Assembly (NCBI GenBank): GCA_020053375.1 | Contig: JAGVNG010000008.1 | Location: forward strand, 1,587-65,586 | DNA: 64,000 bases | Source: Nanobdellota archaeon | GTDB taxonomy: Archaea; Nanobdellota; Nanobdellia; Pacearchaeales; GW2011-AR1 | Direction: 5' to 3' | In this document: positions 39,686 through 50,062 of the stretch, one piece after another | Layout: every line of letters starts with the position of its first letter | How positions within the stretch are numbered: position 1 is the stretch's first letter | Program-made: the position numbers and the translations under genes | Notes under the pieces: model-generated | Databases searched by the model: none | Told to the model about the DNA's origin: nothing | What the model saw: the letters and a program-made list of their open reading frames with translations, nothing else

Positions 39686-40246
39686 TTGTTAAATAATAAA
39701 AATAAAAGGGTATTAAATTTATATCCCTCATTTATAATGATAAAGAAAAAATTATTGATTATTTTGTTAGTTATCGTCTCTCTAATATTTCTTCTGTTTA
39801 TCATAAGATTAATCAGCCCAAAAGAAATAGACGATGTAACGCCAGGGATATTCTGCGAAACAAAATATCTGGAAAAGAGCGATATCTTATGGGTAATTCC
39901 TGATTTCGACAACACTGCGATTTCAGAAAACGCATCATGGTGTAAGCACATATTAAGCCTGAATAAGACTCTTGGAATGCATGGTATCATGCACGCATAT
40001 GATGAATTCCTTGTTGACAGAAACAATGAATATCTTTACAGGGGAATAAAAATATTTGAAGATTGTTTTGGCTTCAGACCAGAAATGTTCAAGCCGCCCC
40101 AGCTGAAGATATCCGATAGCAACACGAAGCTGATAGAAGGCAATAATCTTAAATTAAAAATGAATTTTAATCAGTTAGTGCATAAGGTTTATCACTGCAA
40201 TGATGAACCTGAATTTGTTAAAAATAAGGTTATTGATTGGGTTTAA
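39686..40246 (+). CDS. hypothetical protein with N-terminal TM helix
   Basis: 186-aa ORF. Confidence 0.35.
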   Translation: MLNNKNKRVLNLYPSFIMIKKKLLIILLVIVSLIFLLFIIRLISPKEIDDVTPGIFCETKYLEKSDILWVIPDFDNTAISENASWCKHILSLNKTLGMHGIMHAYDEFLVDRNNEYLYRGIKIFEDCFGFRPEMFKPPQLKISDSNTKLIEGNNLKLKMNFNQLVHKVYHCNDEPEFVKNKVIDWV

Positions 40247-41739
40247 ATCCTAAACCTCAATATCGCGCCTATGCCAGAAAGCTTTGCAAACTGGTCTCCT
40301 TCTGTCGTGTCCGTCGAAACAATCTCAAAATTGGCAGATGTGCTTTCAGCCAGTTTCTTGAATTCCTTCATCTTCTTCTTGTCATAACTCTTGGAGATTA
40401 TGATGGTATCCACCGCACCATATCCCACTGCTTTTCTTATTTCATCCTCATTATAGATTGACATTTCTCCCCTATTTCCGAGCCTTTCAAAGAATTTTTC
40501 AAGAAGTTTTTTCTCTTTTACTATTTCCTGACTGGCGAGTATATCCTGCGATCTTTCAACTAATTCCTTCAGTCCCGATTCATCTGAATCGCCTATGTCT
40601 TTTCTGCCTATTATTTTTTCCCTTAACTTTGTGACGAGATATTCCCCGTCAATAAACTCGTCTTTTGTTGGAATAGGTCCTCCTATAAGTATGCCTTTCA
40701 GCTTAGGCATTTCAAAAAAAACCTTTTTCATTTCATCTGCTATCCGTTTGTAAAATTCTTTTGTGAGCCCCTCGGTTATTCTGTGGAATCTCTGGCTTGA
40801 ATTATGGACAACAAAACCATTGGCGATAAAATTTCCTTGCTCGGTTTCTATGTCAATGAGATTAAAATCACCGCTTCGTTCCTTGATATTAATAATCTTT
40901 AATTCTAAAATAGCATGATTATTTGAACAAATTAAAATATCTCCTACTTTCAAATTTCGCGCAATAACTTCTTCAATATTAAGTTTATTTTTTTTAAAGA
41001 ATGTATGGTCAAAAGAGCATATAATTGATTCTTCATCCTCAACAATAATCTCTAAAACTTTATCTTTAATATTTTCCCATTTATTTTTTATTCTGGTAAA
41101 AACTATTTTATTAGATTCAAAGTTTAAGCCTCTTATTTTATCATTTATTTTTAAATCAATTATATCTTTATTTTTATTATTTAAACTAACCCGGCTATCA
41201 GGACTCAAGCATTGTCCACCTGCCCTCACCTTGCTGGGAACCCCTGATGTCATCTTTTGGATTACTTCTATTCTTTTTCCCTCCAGCAATCCTATTGTGG
41301 CTTCCTTCCTGTCCATCACAAGAAGTCCAAAAACCTCTTTTACTGCGAGCATTTCCCGTAGCGGGTCAAGTATGAATTCCTTGTCACACCTGTACATCCT
41401 AACTTTAAGGGGTGTTGGGGGCTCAATTGCCCATATCTGCAAGTCTTCCTGGCTTTCTGTCTTGGAAACATTTCCGCAAAATATTGCAAACCCTGTTTCA
41501 GGAGTTTTTTTGTAGTCTTTCAAAAACCTTGTAATCTTGTCAAGGGCATTTGTGACATCTTTTCTTGTTGAAGTTGATTTTATGTTCTTGGCCGTTGATT
41601 TTTCCGCTTCAAGCTGGTCTGCAACAGTGTAGATGTTCTGCCCCTCGGGGATATACACCGTGATAAGTTCTGTTGCCCTTGCCCTGTGTTCGCCAAGCTC
41701 TTCCACCAGCTCCTCAAGTTCTTCTTTATTTATTTTCAT
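40243..41739 (-). CDS. prf1: peptide chain release factor aRF1 interrupted by a mini-intein directly after the GGQ motif
   Basis: Exteins join to ...SKVRAGGQ|SSQRFHRITEGL... (eRF1 GGQ loop); N-terminal domain with NIKS-like NIKSTSTRKD. Confidence 0.8.
   Translation of the reverse strand: MKINKEELEELVEELGEHRARATELITVYIPEGQNIYTVADQLEAEKSTAKNIKSTSTRKDVTNALDKITRFLKDYKKTPETGFAIFCGNVSKTESQEDLQIWAIEPPTPLKVRMYRCDKEFILDPLREMLAVKEVFGLLVMDRKEATIGLLEGKRIEVIQKMTSGVPSKVRAGGQCLSPDSRVSLNNKNKDIIDLKINDKIRGLNFESNKIVFTRIKNKWENIKDKVLEIIVEDEESIICSFDHTFFKKNKLNIEEVIARNLKVGDILICSNNHAILELKIINIKERSGDFNLIDIETEQGNFIANGFVVHNSSQRFHRITEGLTKEFYKRIADEMKKVFFEMPKLKGILIGGPIPTKDEFIDGEYLVTKLREKIIGRKDIGDSDESGLKELVERSQDILASQEIVKEKKLLEKFFERLGNRGEMSIYNEDEIRKAVGYGAVDTIIISKSYDKKKMKEFKKLAESTSANFEIVSTDTTEGDQFAKLSGIGAILRFRI
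40801..41211 (-). mobile_element. mini-intein (137 aa, no endonuclease domain) inserted after GGQ of aRF1
   Basis: Begins with Cys (CLSPDSRVSL), ends ...NGFVVHN followed by Ser; excision restores the canonical GGQSSQRF. Confidence 0.7.
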
Positions 41740-41797
41740 AAAATAAATTATACGAAATTTTTAATTTCAGTTTTGTATATTTTGGCATTTTCTTTAG

Positions 41798-44191
41798 TTA
41801 ATCAACAAATTCAACTTTGAATTCTTTTCCTTCTTTAATTTCCTTTGCATTTGTGACATTTTTTAGGTCTTGATGAAATTCTTTTAATGAATTATAAGTT
41901 TTTTTATCCAAAGTTAATACTACAGGAAAATTCAGTGGCTTTTTATCCTCTGTTTTCTTGCTTCTAACTTTAGAAATCAAATCCGTAAAAACAAAAAATC
42001 TATTAGCCCATCCCAATTCTCTCCAATTTCCTTCCGCTAACTCTTGTTTTTTATTATATTCTGGCCATTTAGAAATATGGATGCTCTTATCTTTTTCATT
42101 TTTTCTGTAATATTTTTGATAAAGCTCCTCTGTTATAAAAGGCATTATCGGGGCAATTAATTTTAGGATTGTTAATAAGGATTGATAGAGGGTATAAAAT
42201 GCGGATTCTTTTTCCTGCTTGCTTCCATTGTAGACTCTCCACTTAGCTATTTCAAGGTAATTATCACAAAAAAATTTCCAAAATAATTCATCTATATTAG
42301 ATTTAGCCTTTGAGTAATCATATCCCTCAAAACGAGAGGTAGCGGTAAATACACAATTATTAACTATCTTTAAAAATAATTCATCAATCTTCTCCATCTT
42401 CTTCGGCTTCTTGGGCTTGTAGTCCTTGAGGTTCATGAAAACAAAATTTGAGGCATTTTTCAGTTTTGTAATGAACTTCTTTCCAGCTAGAACATCCTCT
42501 TCCCTGTAATCCATGTTTTCGCCAAGCTTTGAGCCAGACGCCCAGAATCTTAAAGCATCTGCCCCATATTTGTCCATTACATCATTTGGATTGATAACAT
42601 TTCCCTTTGATTTGGACATCTTTTCTCCATGCAGTGTCACAAACCCAGATATCATTATATTATTCCATGGAAGCTTTTTTTCATGCAGGTAAGACTTGAC
42701 AATAGTGTAAAATGTCCACGTTCTTATTATTTCATGCGCCTGAGCCCTTAGAGAATGGGGAATTTTTATCTTTTTGCTTCCAACCAATGATGATATTATT
42801 TGAGGCGTAAGTGAGGAAGTCGCCCACGTGTCAAGAACTTTTGTTTCTCCTACAGCCTCGGCTTTGCAGACAGGGCAGGTTATTTTGATGTTCGTTGGGT
42901 CAATAGGAAGCTCTCTTTCATCAGGAAGAATAATTTCCCCACAGCTTTTGCATTCCCAGACTGGAATTGGAATCCCGAAATACCTGTCCCTTGAAATTGT
43001 CCAGTCCCAATCCAGTCCATTAACCCAGCTTTCATATCTTTTTCTCATGTATTCTGGATACCACTTTATTTTTTTCCCGAGTGAAATCCATTCTTTTTTC
43101 TTGTCAAGAATTTTTATGAACCATTGCTCGGTTGGAAGAAATTCTATCTCTGTCCCGCACTTATCATGAACATTCAACGCATGAACTATCGGTTCCTCTT
43201 TCACAATAAGGTTTTTTGTTCTCAGCTCATCAATTATCTTCTTCCTCGCATCCTTTATTTTCATTCCTTTGCAGATTCCGCTGTTAAGAGTTCCGTCATA
43301 ATTGAAAATTATCTTTGGTACCAAATTGTGCCTTCTAATAGCCTCCGCATCATACTTGTCTCCATAAGAACAAACCATCATTGCTCCTGTTCCCTTTTTC
43401 ATATCTGCAGACTCATCCGCTATAATAGGAACCTCCCAGCCAAATAATGGAACCTTGGCTTTAACTTGGCCAAGCTTGGACGAGTTTCCCTTTCCCTTTG
43501 TCCATTGGTATCTCTTGTCTTTTGGATTCACAAATATGGCAACACATGCAGAAAGCAATTCAGGCCTTGTCGTTGAAACTGGCAAGTCTGTTCCGCCCGC
43601 AGAAAACTTAAGTGTCAAAAACAGGCTTTTCTCCTCCTTGTCCTCAAGCTCTGCCTGCGCAATTGCAGTCTGACATTCAACACACCATATTGTCGGAAAG
43701 TCTTTCTTGTATATCAAACCTTTTTTGTATAAATCAATGAATGATTTCTGCGAGATTTTCCTGCTGTTCTTGTCTATTGTCGAATAAAACATGTCATAAT
43801 CCGCGCTTATTCCTAAGTTTTTCCATTGCTGAACAAAATCAGGAGTTATCTTCCTTAGAGTCCAAAGACACTGATCAATAAATTCTCCTCGTGGCATATT
43901 TCTGCTTTTTATGCTATTTAGCTTCTCAACCAATCTTTCTGTCGGCAAGCCGTTATCGTCTGTGCCAAATGGATAAAAAACATTTTCCCCCATCATTCTT
44001 CTGAATCTTGCTATGAAATCCTGCTGTGAATAAGAAAAGGCATGGCCGACATGCATGTCCCCAGAAACAGTTGGAGGAGGGGTATCTATGCCATAAACTT
44101 TACCCTTCTTTTTCGGATCAAATTTGTAAATCTTTTCCTTTGCCCAGTAATCAAGTATTTCTTTCTCGTAATTTCTTATTTCCCCGTCCAT
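41798..44191 (-). CDS. valS: valyl-tRNA synthetase (compact)
   Basis: DTPPPTVSGDMHVGHAF (HIGH region in a ValRS-like PPPxxTG context), KMSKSKGN. Confidence 0.7.
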   Translation of the reverse strand: MDGEIRNYEKEILDYWAKEKIYKFDPKKKGKVYGIDTPPPTVSGDMHVGHAFSYSQQDFIARFRRMMGENVFYPFGTDDNGLPTERLVEKLNSIKSRNMPRGEFIDQCLWTLRKITPDFVQQWKNLGISADYDMFYSTIDKNSRKISQKSFIDLYKKGLIYKKDFPTIWCVECQTAIAQAELEDKEEKSLFLTLKFSAGGTDLPVSTTRPELLSACVAIFVNPKDKRYQWTKGKGNSSKLGQVKAKVPLFGWEVPIIADESADMKKGTGAMMVCSYGDKYDAEAIRRHNLVPKIIFNYDGTLNSGICKGMKIKDARKKIIDELRTKNLIVKEEPIVHALNVHDKCGTEIEFLPTEQWFIKILDKKKEWISLGKKIKWYPEYMRKRYESWVNGLDWDWTISRDRYFGIPIPVWECKSCGEIILPDERELPIDPTNIKITCPVCKAEAVGETKVLDTWATSSLTPQIISSLVGSKKIKIPHSLRAQAHEIIRTWTFYTIVKSYLHEKKLPWNNIMISGFVTLHGEKMSKSKGNVINPNDVMDKYGADALRFWASGSKLGENMDYREEDVLAGKKFITKLKNASNFVFMNLKDYKPKKPKKMEKIDELFLKIVNNCVFTATSRFEGYDYSKAKSNIDELFWKFFCDNYLEIAKWRVYNGSKQEKESAFYTLYQSLLTILKLIAPIMPFITEELYQKYYRKNEKDKSIHISKWPEYNKKQELAEGNWRELGWANRFFVFTDLISKVRSKKTEDKKPLNFPVVLTLDKKTYNSLKEFHQDLKNVTNAKEIKEGKEFKVEFVD

Positions 44192-44297
44192 GAGATTTTG
44201 AATACAACAACTTTTAAAAACTATTTGGATTTAGCTAAAAGTATGAATATCCTATTCACGGATGCTGGAATTGTGAAAAACCCGCAGGAGGTTTTCA

Positions 44298-44456
44298 ATG
44301 GCAGATAATCCAATAAGCCTTCCCGGAGGATACGGGGGCTTGACAAGATTCAGCGAAGAATATGAAAGCAGGTTCAATCTAAAGCCAGAACACATAATTG
44401 TAATGGTGGTTCTTATAATCCTATTCAGAGTTTCTCTCACATTTATCTATGGATAA
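44298..44456 (+). CDS. secG: preprotein translocase subunit Sec61beta (52 aa, below the ORF-track threshold)
   Basis: MADNPISLPGGYGGLTRFSEEYESRFNLKPEHIIVMVVLIILF: conserved GL-R-[YF]-x-E-E and KPEHVI followed by a TM helix; GGAGG SD 8 nt upstream. Confidence 0.55.
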   Translation: MADNPISLPGGYGGLTRFSEEYESRFNLKPEHIIVMVVLIILFRVSLTFIYG

Positions 44457-44477
44457 ACTTTAATCTATTTAACTAAA

Positions 44478-44807
44478 ATGTTTAACCTTGACCCAAAAAA
44501 AATGCAGTCTGTCATGAAACAAATGGGAATTTCCCAGCAGGATATCCCTGCGCTGAAAGTCATAATCGAAAAACAGGATGGTGGAAAGATAATAGTAAAT
44601 AATCCTTCTGTTGCAAAGATTTCGATGCAAGGTCAGGAATCTTTTCAAATTTCTGGAGATATTTCTGAAGAAGCTGAAAAAGAGGGATTTTCTGAAAAAG
44701 ACATCAAAACAATTATTGAAAAAACAGGGTGCTCTGAGAAAGAGGCAAAAAAGGCTATTGAAAAAACAGGGGATTTGGCTGAATCAATAATGCTTCTGAG
44801 CAAATAA
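44478..44807 (+). CDS. nac: nascent polypeptide-associated complex alpha subunit
   Basis: NAC domain (KKMQSVMKQMGI...KIIVNNPSV) plus C-terminal UBA (KDIKTIIEKTGCSEKEAKKAIEKTGDLAESIMLL). Confidence 0.8.
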   Translation: MFNLDPKKMQSVMKQMGISQQDIPALKVIIEKQDGGKIIVNNPSVAKISMQGQESFQISGDISEEAEKEGFSEKDIKTIIEKTGCSEKEAKKAIEKTGDLAESIMLLSK

Positions 44808-44911
44808 TTCATTTTCTCATTTAAAACTAACTACTCTTAAAGTGCAAAAAGATATAAAAAGGTCATTTCCTTGGGATATTATGCTTCTAAAAACACGGGA
44901 TTACTATAGAA

Positions 44912-45352
44912 ATGGAAGAGATAATACAAGAAAAAATAAGCGCGGATCACCTGTTATATGTGAGTTTAAAATACACTAAGACATGTGATGTAATTGTTAA
45001 TCTTATTCTGAGATGGAGAAAAATGATTGAAAAGAGCATAAGCGAGATATCAAAACACGCCAAAAAAAAGAAAAAGATATCCTCAATTCCTGATAATCCA
45101 AAAGGGCAGATAGAACTCATAAGGAAACTGATGAAAAAAGACCAGAACTTCATTGATGTAATTGACATGTATGAAATGTTCAGGAAAATAGAAGAATTAA
45201 GGAAGGAGAGAATAGGAGAATTCAGAAAAAACGTTACTTTGAAGGTAATTTACAAGGGAGAGGAGATAAGCATAAATCTGGAAAAACTTAAGATATACGC
45301 CGAGAAATTAGAAAAATTCATAACCTCTACTAAGCAATTTCTTCTGTCATAG
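44912..45352 (+). CDS. hypothetical protein
   Basis: 146-aa ORF. Confidence 0.35.
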   Translation: MEEIIQEKISADHLLYVSLKYTKTCDVIVNLILRWRKMIEKSISEISKHAKKKKKISSIPDNPKGQIELIRKLMKKDQNFIDVIDMYEMFRKIEELRKERIGEFRKNVTLKVIYKGEEISINLEKLKIYAEKLEKFITSTKQFLLS

Positions 45353-45415
45353 GCCCTTGCTTGGGCGCATGGTTCTCTACAATAAGATTTAAAAAATAGT
45401 TTACTCTAAAATTAT

Positions 45416-46207
45416 ATGCATAAAATAATTGTTATAACTTCTGGAAAAGGGGGGGTTGGAAAAACAACCACCGCGATAAATCTGGGCGCGGCAATAAATC
45501 AGTTCGGGGGGGATGTTGTAGTCATTGATGCAAATCTTTCCACGCCCAACGTGGGAGTTCATCTTAATTCTCCAGAAGCGCCTGTAAATCTAAATCACGT
45601 TTTGTCCGACAAGGCAGAGGTTTTTGAGGCAGTATATGAGCACGAGTCTGGACTAAAAATAATTCCTTCTTCACTTTCCATAAAAGAGCTAAAGAAGATA
45701 AGACCGGAAAAAATGAAAGACTATAGAAAAGATTTCAGGAAAATTGCTGATTACATAATAATGGACAGTTCAGCAGGATTGGGAACAGAGGCTCTTTCTG
45801 TCATAGATGTCGCTGATGAAATAATAATAGTAAGCAATCCTGAAATGCCTGCCATAACAGATGCTCTTAAAACAATAAGGATTGCAGAACAGATGCGGAA
45901 GCCAATAATAGGAGTTATAATAACAAGGGTAAGAAAAAATGACGCAGAATTGCAGCCAGACGTTGTCAGGGACATGCTGGAAGTGCCCATATTGGGAATG
46001 GTTCCAGAAGATTCAACCATACAGGAAGCTCTGTCTATGAAAAATGCAGTGGTTCATACTCATCCAAAAAGCGCATCCGCTCGCGCATACAAGGAAATAG
46101 CTGCTAGAATAATGGGCGTGAAATATGATTCTGAAAAAGATACGGAAAACATTCTGGAAAAAATCCTACGGAAATTCAAAATAACAAAATGGGAAAAAAA
46201 GCGATAA
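45416..46207 (+). CDS. minD: MinD/ParA-family P-loop ATPase
   Basis: ITSGKGGVGKTTTAINLG deviant Walker A. Confidence 0.8.
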   Translation: MHKIIVITSGKGGVGKTTTAINLGAAINQFGGDVVVIDANLSTPNVGVHLNSPEAPVNLNHVLSDKAEVFEAVYEHESGLKIIPSSLSIKELKKIRPEKMKDYRKDFRKIADYIIMDSSAGLGTEALSVIDVADEIIIVSNPEMPAITDALKTIRIAEQMRKPIIGVIITRVRKNDAELQPDVVRDMLEVPILGMVPEDSTIQEALSMKNAVVHTHPKSASARAYKEIAARIMGVKYDSEKDTENILEKILRKFKITKWEKKR

Positions 46208-47022
46208 ATAGTTTTATTCCAAAGAAATTATTGTTCTTATTTATTATTTTTATTCTCGCCGCAAATGCAAGCGCGCAGGAGCTTCCAAATTTTCAGGACA
46301 AGCATGTCAATGACTTTGCGCATGTGTTCAGCGATAATGAATCACAGCAGTTAAAAACAATTCTGATTGAGCTTGAGCAAAACACAACAGCAGAGGTGGT
46401 TGTTGTGACTGTCAATACTACTTTCCCATTAACTCCTGCACAATATCGAACAGAACTATTCAATTATTGGAAAATAGGAAAAGCAGACAAGGATAACGGA
46501 CTGCTGATATTGTATTCCCGGAGCGAAAATAGGATTGAGGTGGAGACAGGTTATGGTTTGGAGGGAATTCTGCCTGATTCCAAATTAGGAAGAATGCTTG
46601 ATGATTATTATGTGCCGCAGCGTGATAATGGAAATGTTACACAAGGCATCCTCTCGTTTACACAAGAAGTTTCTAAAGTTATCAAAAATAACTCAGCAGA
46701 AATATTATCTCCCTCTAAAAATAACAATTACATTGCAGATTTATTCCCTTATATTATTTTCATTCTAATTTTTATTGCAATGTCTCTTATGTCCAGAAGA
46801 AAAAATAAAAAATGCGCAAAAGACGGCTTGATAATGAAATATATTGGCATGGCTGGAGGCTATTCCATTTACAAATGCGCAAATGGACATATTATCAAAG
46901 AGAAGGGTAGCAGAAACATGAGTGGAGCACTTATCGGCGCAGGAATGAGTGGAGGAGGTGGAGGTTTCGGTGGCGGAGGCTTTGGCGGGGGCATGAGCGG
47001 CGGCGGAGGAGCAGGAAGATAG
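46189..47022 (+). CDS. TPM-domain (YgcG/TLP18.3-like) protein with C-terminal TM and Gly-rich tail
   Basis: HVNDFAHVFSDNE...GLLILYSRSENRIEVETGYGLEGILPD. Confidence 0.65.
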   Translation: MGKKAINSFIPKKLLFLFIIFILAANASAQELPNFQDKHVNDFAHVFSDNESQQLKTILIELEQNTTAEVVVVTVNTTFPLTPAQYRTELFNYWKIGKADKDNGLLILYSRSENRIEVETGYGLEGILPDSKLGRMLDDYYVPQRDNGNVTQGILSFTQEVSKVIKNNSAEILSPSKNNNYIADLFPYIIFILIFIAMSLMSRRKNKKCAKDGLIMKYIGMAGGYSIYKCANGHIIKEKGSRNMSGALIGAGMSGGGGGFGGGGFGGGMSGGGGAGR

Positions 47023-47052
47023 TTTTTTAAACAATAAATATATTTTATTAAG

Positions 47053-47646
47053 ATGAAAACAGATAATTTCTTCAAGAGAAACAAAACATGGATTATTATT
47101 CTGGCAGTTGTTTTAATCTTATTGTTTTATTTTGTTGGAAGATATAATGCTTTCATCACCTTGGACCAGAATGTCAATGGAAAATGGTCAGAAGTTGAAA
47201 ATCAATACCAGAGGCAAGCGGACTTGGTTCCTAATCTTGTCTCAGTAGTATCAAGCTCTGTAAGCGTTGAAACTAATTTTGTCAAGGAAGTTATTGCAGC
47301 CAGAACAGCATGGTCAAGCGCTTCAAGCCAGTTCCAAAAAGATGTTGCAGGAGTCCAGATGAACAATGGAGTTTCTGCGCTGGTAAGCGCTGTTGCAGAG
47401 AATTATCCCGTATTGCAAGCAAACAAGCAATATGTTGCACTGACTGATGAACTGGCAGGAACACAAAACAGGATTGCAACTGCGCGTGGAAGATATATTG
47501 AAAGCATACAGTCTTACAACGTCGCAATCAAGAGATTCCCTTCGAGCCTGCTTGCAGGCATTTACGGATTTGGGGGAAAGGATTATTATCAGGCAGAGCT
47601 TGATTCCATGGAAACCCCTGATCTTGGAACAGGACAGCTTCCTTAG
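47053..47646 (+). CDS. lemA: LemA-family protein
   Basis: N-terminal TM helix, QRQADLVPNLV; typical LemA-TPM gene pair. Confidence 0.7.
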   Translation: MKTDNFFKRNKTWIIILAVVLILLFYFVGRYNAFITLDQNVNGKWSEVENQYQRQADLVPNLVSVVSSSVSVETNFVKEVIAARTAWSSASSQFQKDVAGVQMNNGVSALVSAVAENYPVLQANKQYVALTDELAGTQNRIATARGRYIESIQSYNVAIKRFPSSLLAGIYGFGGKDYYQAELDSMETPDLGTGQLP

Positions 47647-47780
47647 AGATTTCTCGAAAGTTAGCGCCAAACAATAAAACACAATAAGTTAATATAAAAA
47701 CTTCATTATAAAAATTATATATAAATGAATATTAGCATTTAATAAAATCTATAAATCATCTTTTCTTTAATATAGATAAA

Positions 47781-48125
47781 ATGACAGAAGGCATAATTTC
47801 TTTCTCAGATTGGCAAAACCTTGATTTGAGGGTTGGAAAAATCATCAAGGTCGAGGACATAGAAGGCGCTGACAAATTATACAATCTTTCAATAGATTTG
47901 GGAAAAGAGCTGGGAAAAAGGACGCTTGTCGCAGGAATAAAACCCTATTACAAACCCTCAGAACTAAAAAACAAGTTATGTATAGTTTTCTCAAACCTTC
48001 AGCCAAGAACACTTAAAGGAATAGAAAGCCAGGGAATGCTTTTGGCAGCGGTATCAAAAGATGAAAAAGAAGTCAGGCTTCTCTGTCCTGATGCGGAAGT
48101 GGAATTGGGAAGCAAAGTTAGGTAG
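47781..48125 (+). CDS. tRNA-binding protein (Trbp111/CsaA-type OB fold)
   Basis: LDLRVGKIIKVEDIEGADKLYNLSIDLGKE...SQGMLLAA. Confidence 0.75.
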   Translation: MTEGIISFSDWQNLDLRVGKIIKVEDIEGADKLYNLSIDLGKELGKRTLVAGIKPYYKPSELKNKLCIVFSNLQPRTLKGIESQGMLLAAVSKDEKEVRLLCPDAEVELGSKVR

Positions 48126-48208
48126 ATTAGGCGAATTCTATTAAAAATCGATAAATTTATAAATAAACCAAACTTATATATATTCATAAGTCAAGTTAAT
48201 CTTAAAAA

Positions 48209-48850
48209 ATGGAAATTCCACTAAACTTGAAACTGAAGAAAAAATCTCAGAAAGAGATAGCGTATGCTCAAGATATTTTAATAGGGGAACTTTATAATTT
48301 TTTTCCAAATGCTGTAATTCACGGAGGAACAGCGATATGGCGTTGTTATAATGGAAATAGATTCTCTGAGGATATTGATGTTTATATGCCTAGAGAAATG
48401 AATAAAATAGATAATTTTTTTAAGAATTTGAAAAAAAAGGGTTTTAGAATAATTAAAAGAAGGATAAAAGAAAATTCCCTTTATTCAGAAATTATGATTA
48501 ACAACTCATCGGTAAGATTTGAAGCAACCTTTCAGGTTAAAAAACCCTCTTTAAAAAAGTATGAAACATCAGAAAGTTTTTTCATTAATGTATTCACCTT
48601 ATCTGTGAAAGAATTGATTATGGAAAAAGTCAATGCCTATTTAAACAGGAGAAAAATACGGGATTTGTATGATATTTTCTTTTTATTAAACCATGCTGAG
48701 AGAGAGAGAGATGTAAAAGACTATTTAAATAGGCTGGTTAAAAATTTCGAGAAACCCGTAGATGAGGGGAATTTGGCAACTATTATTATTTCTGGAGCTG
48801 TTCCTGATTCTAAACAGCTTCTGGAGGCTATAAAGGGATGGGTAAAATAA
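48209..48850 (+). CDS. AbiEii/AbiGii-family nucleotidyltransferase toxin
   Basis: HGGTAIWRCYNGNRFSEDIDVYMP (GGTAL...R.SEDiD signature of DUF1814/AbiEii). Confidence 0.65.
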   Translation: MEIPLNLKLKKKSQKEIAYAQDILIGELYNFFPNAVIHGGTAIWRCYNGNRFSEDIDVYMPREMNKIDNFFKNLKKKGFRIIKRRIKENSLYSEIMINNSSVRFEATFQVKKPSLKKYETSESFFINVFTLSVKELIMEKVNAYLNRRKIRDLYDIFFLLNHAERERDVKDYLNRLVKNFEKPVDEGNLATIIISGAVPDSKQLLEAIKGWVK

Positions 48851-49425
48851 AGTATATTAACAAAATAAGAAAATTTTTCAAAGAAAGCCCCGTAGTCAGC
48901 ATAACCTCTCTAAAAAAATTCATTGGAAAAAAAAATAATGATTATATATATTTAATTATTAACAACTTGCTCAAAAAAGTGGAAATAAAAAGGATAACAA
49001 AGGGCTATTACACCATTCACGAAGACCCTTCTCTGGCTGTCTTTTGTTTTAAACCATCTTATTTGGGATTGCAGGATGCATTAAGTTTTCATGAGCTTTG
49101 GGAGCAGGAAACAAATCCTATCATAATTACTTCAAGAAAAGTAAGAAGGGGGATAAGAAAAATATTTTTGCATAATATAATTTTAAAAAATATAAATAGT
49201 AAATATGTATTTGGCTTTAACTATGAAAAACAGGGAGATTTTTATTTTCCATACTCTGACATGGAAAAGACTTTCATTGACATGATTTATTTTAAACAGT
49301 ATTTAGACAAAGAAACAAAAGAAAACATTGTCAAAAAACTTGACAGGAAAAAATTGAATTCTTACCTAAAAGCCTATCCAAAGATATTCAGAAGAAGGGT
49401 ATTGAATTTGCTGAAATCAAAGTAA
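48838..49425 (+). CDS. possible AbiEi-like winged-helix partner
   Basis: IKRITKGYYTIHEDP resembles the AbiEi N-terminal wHTH; overlaps the upstream gene by 13 nt. Confidence 0.35.
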   Translation: MGKIKYINKIRKFFKESPVVSITSLKKFIGKKNNDYIYLIINNLLKKVEIKRITKGYYTIHEDPSLAVFCFKPSYLGLQDALSFHELWEQETNPIIITSRKVRRGIRKIFLHNIILKNINSKYVFGFNYEKQGDFYFPYSDMEKTFIDMIYFKQYLDKETKENIVKKLDRKKLNSYLKAYPKIFRRRVLNLLKSK

Positions 49426-49490
49426 ATTTCTTATAAATATGCTTGAAATATGTTTTTATGAAATGGAAATTATATCTAGCTTTAATTCTC

Positions 49491-49538
49491 TTCTTTGCCC
49501 CGATAAAAGACATAGAACTGGGAAGCGAGGTTAGATAA
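49491..49538. repeat. intergenic repeat family B, copy 1
   Basis: ttctttgccccgataaaagacatagaactgggaagcgaggttagataa. Confidence 0.8.
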
Positions 49539-49600
49539 TGATATTTCTGCCTGTGTGTCTACATAGAAAGTTTTATAAATAATGTAGACGTACATTTTTC

Positions 49601-50062
49601 ATGGCATACACTGAAATAAAAGCACGAAACAGAAATAAGTATTTTTATAGAGTTGTCTCAGTAAGACAAGGAAACAAGATTAACAAAAAAAGAATATATT
49701 TAGGAGTTAATTTGAATAAGCAAGTCTTGTCAAATAAAGAATCAGAAGCCGACAAATCCCTTTCAGATGAAAAAATCAAAAAGAATATAGAAAAAATAAA
49801 GCCAAAAATAATTGAAATCCTGAAAAAATATAAGATTAAGAGGGCTAGTTTATTTGGAAGTTACGTAAGAGGGAAACAAAAAAAAGGAAGTGATATTGAT
49901 ATTTTGATTCAGCCAGCAGAAAATATGAGTATATTAGATCTTTCTGGATTAAAAATTGAATTGGAAAAGGATTTGAGTAAAAAAGTGGACTTAATTAGTT
50001 ATAAATATATTCATCCTTATTTAAAAGATAGAATTCTAGAAAGCGAGGTAAAAATATTATGA
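49601..50062 (+). CDS. minimal nucleotidyltransferase (MntA-like antitoxin)
   Basis: LFGSYVRGKQKKGSDIDILI. Confidence 0.7.
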   Translation: MAYTEIKARNRNKYFYRVVSVRQGNKINKKRIYLGVNLNKQVLSNKESEADKSLSDEKIKKNIEKIKPKIIEILKKYKIKRASLFGSYVRGKQKKGSDIDILIQPAENMSILDLSGLKIELEKDLSKKVDLISYKYIHPYLKDRILESEVKIL

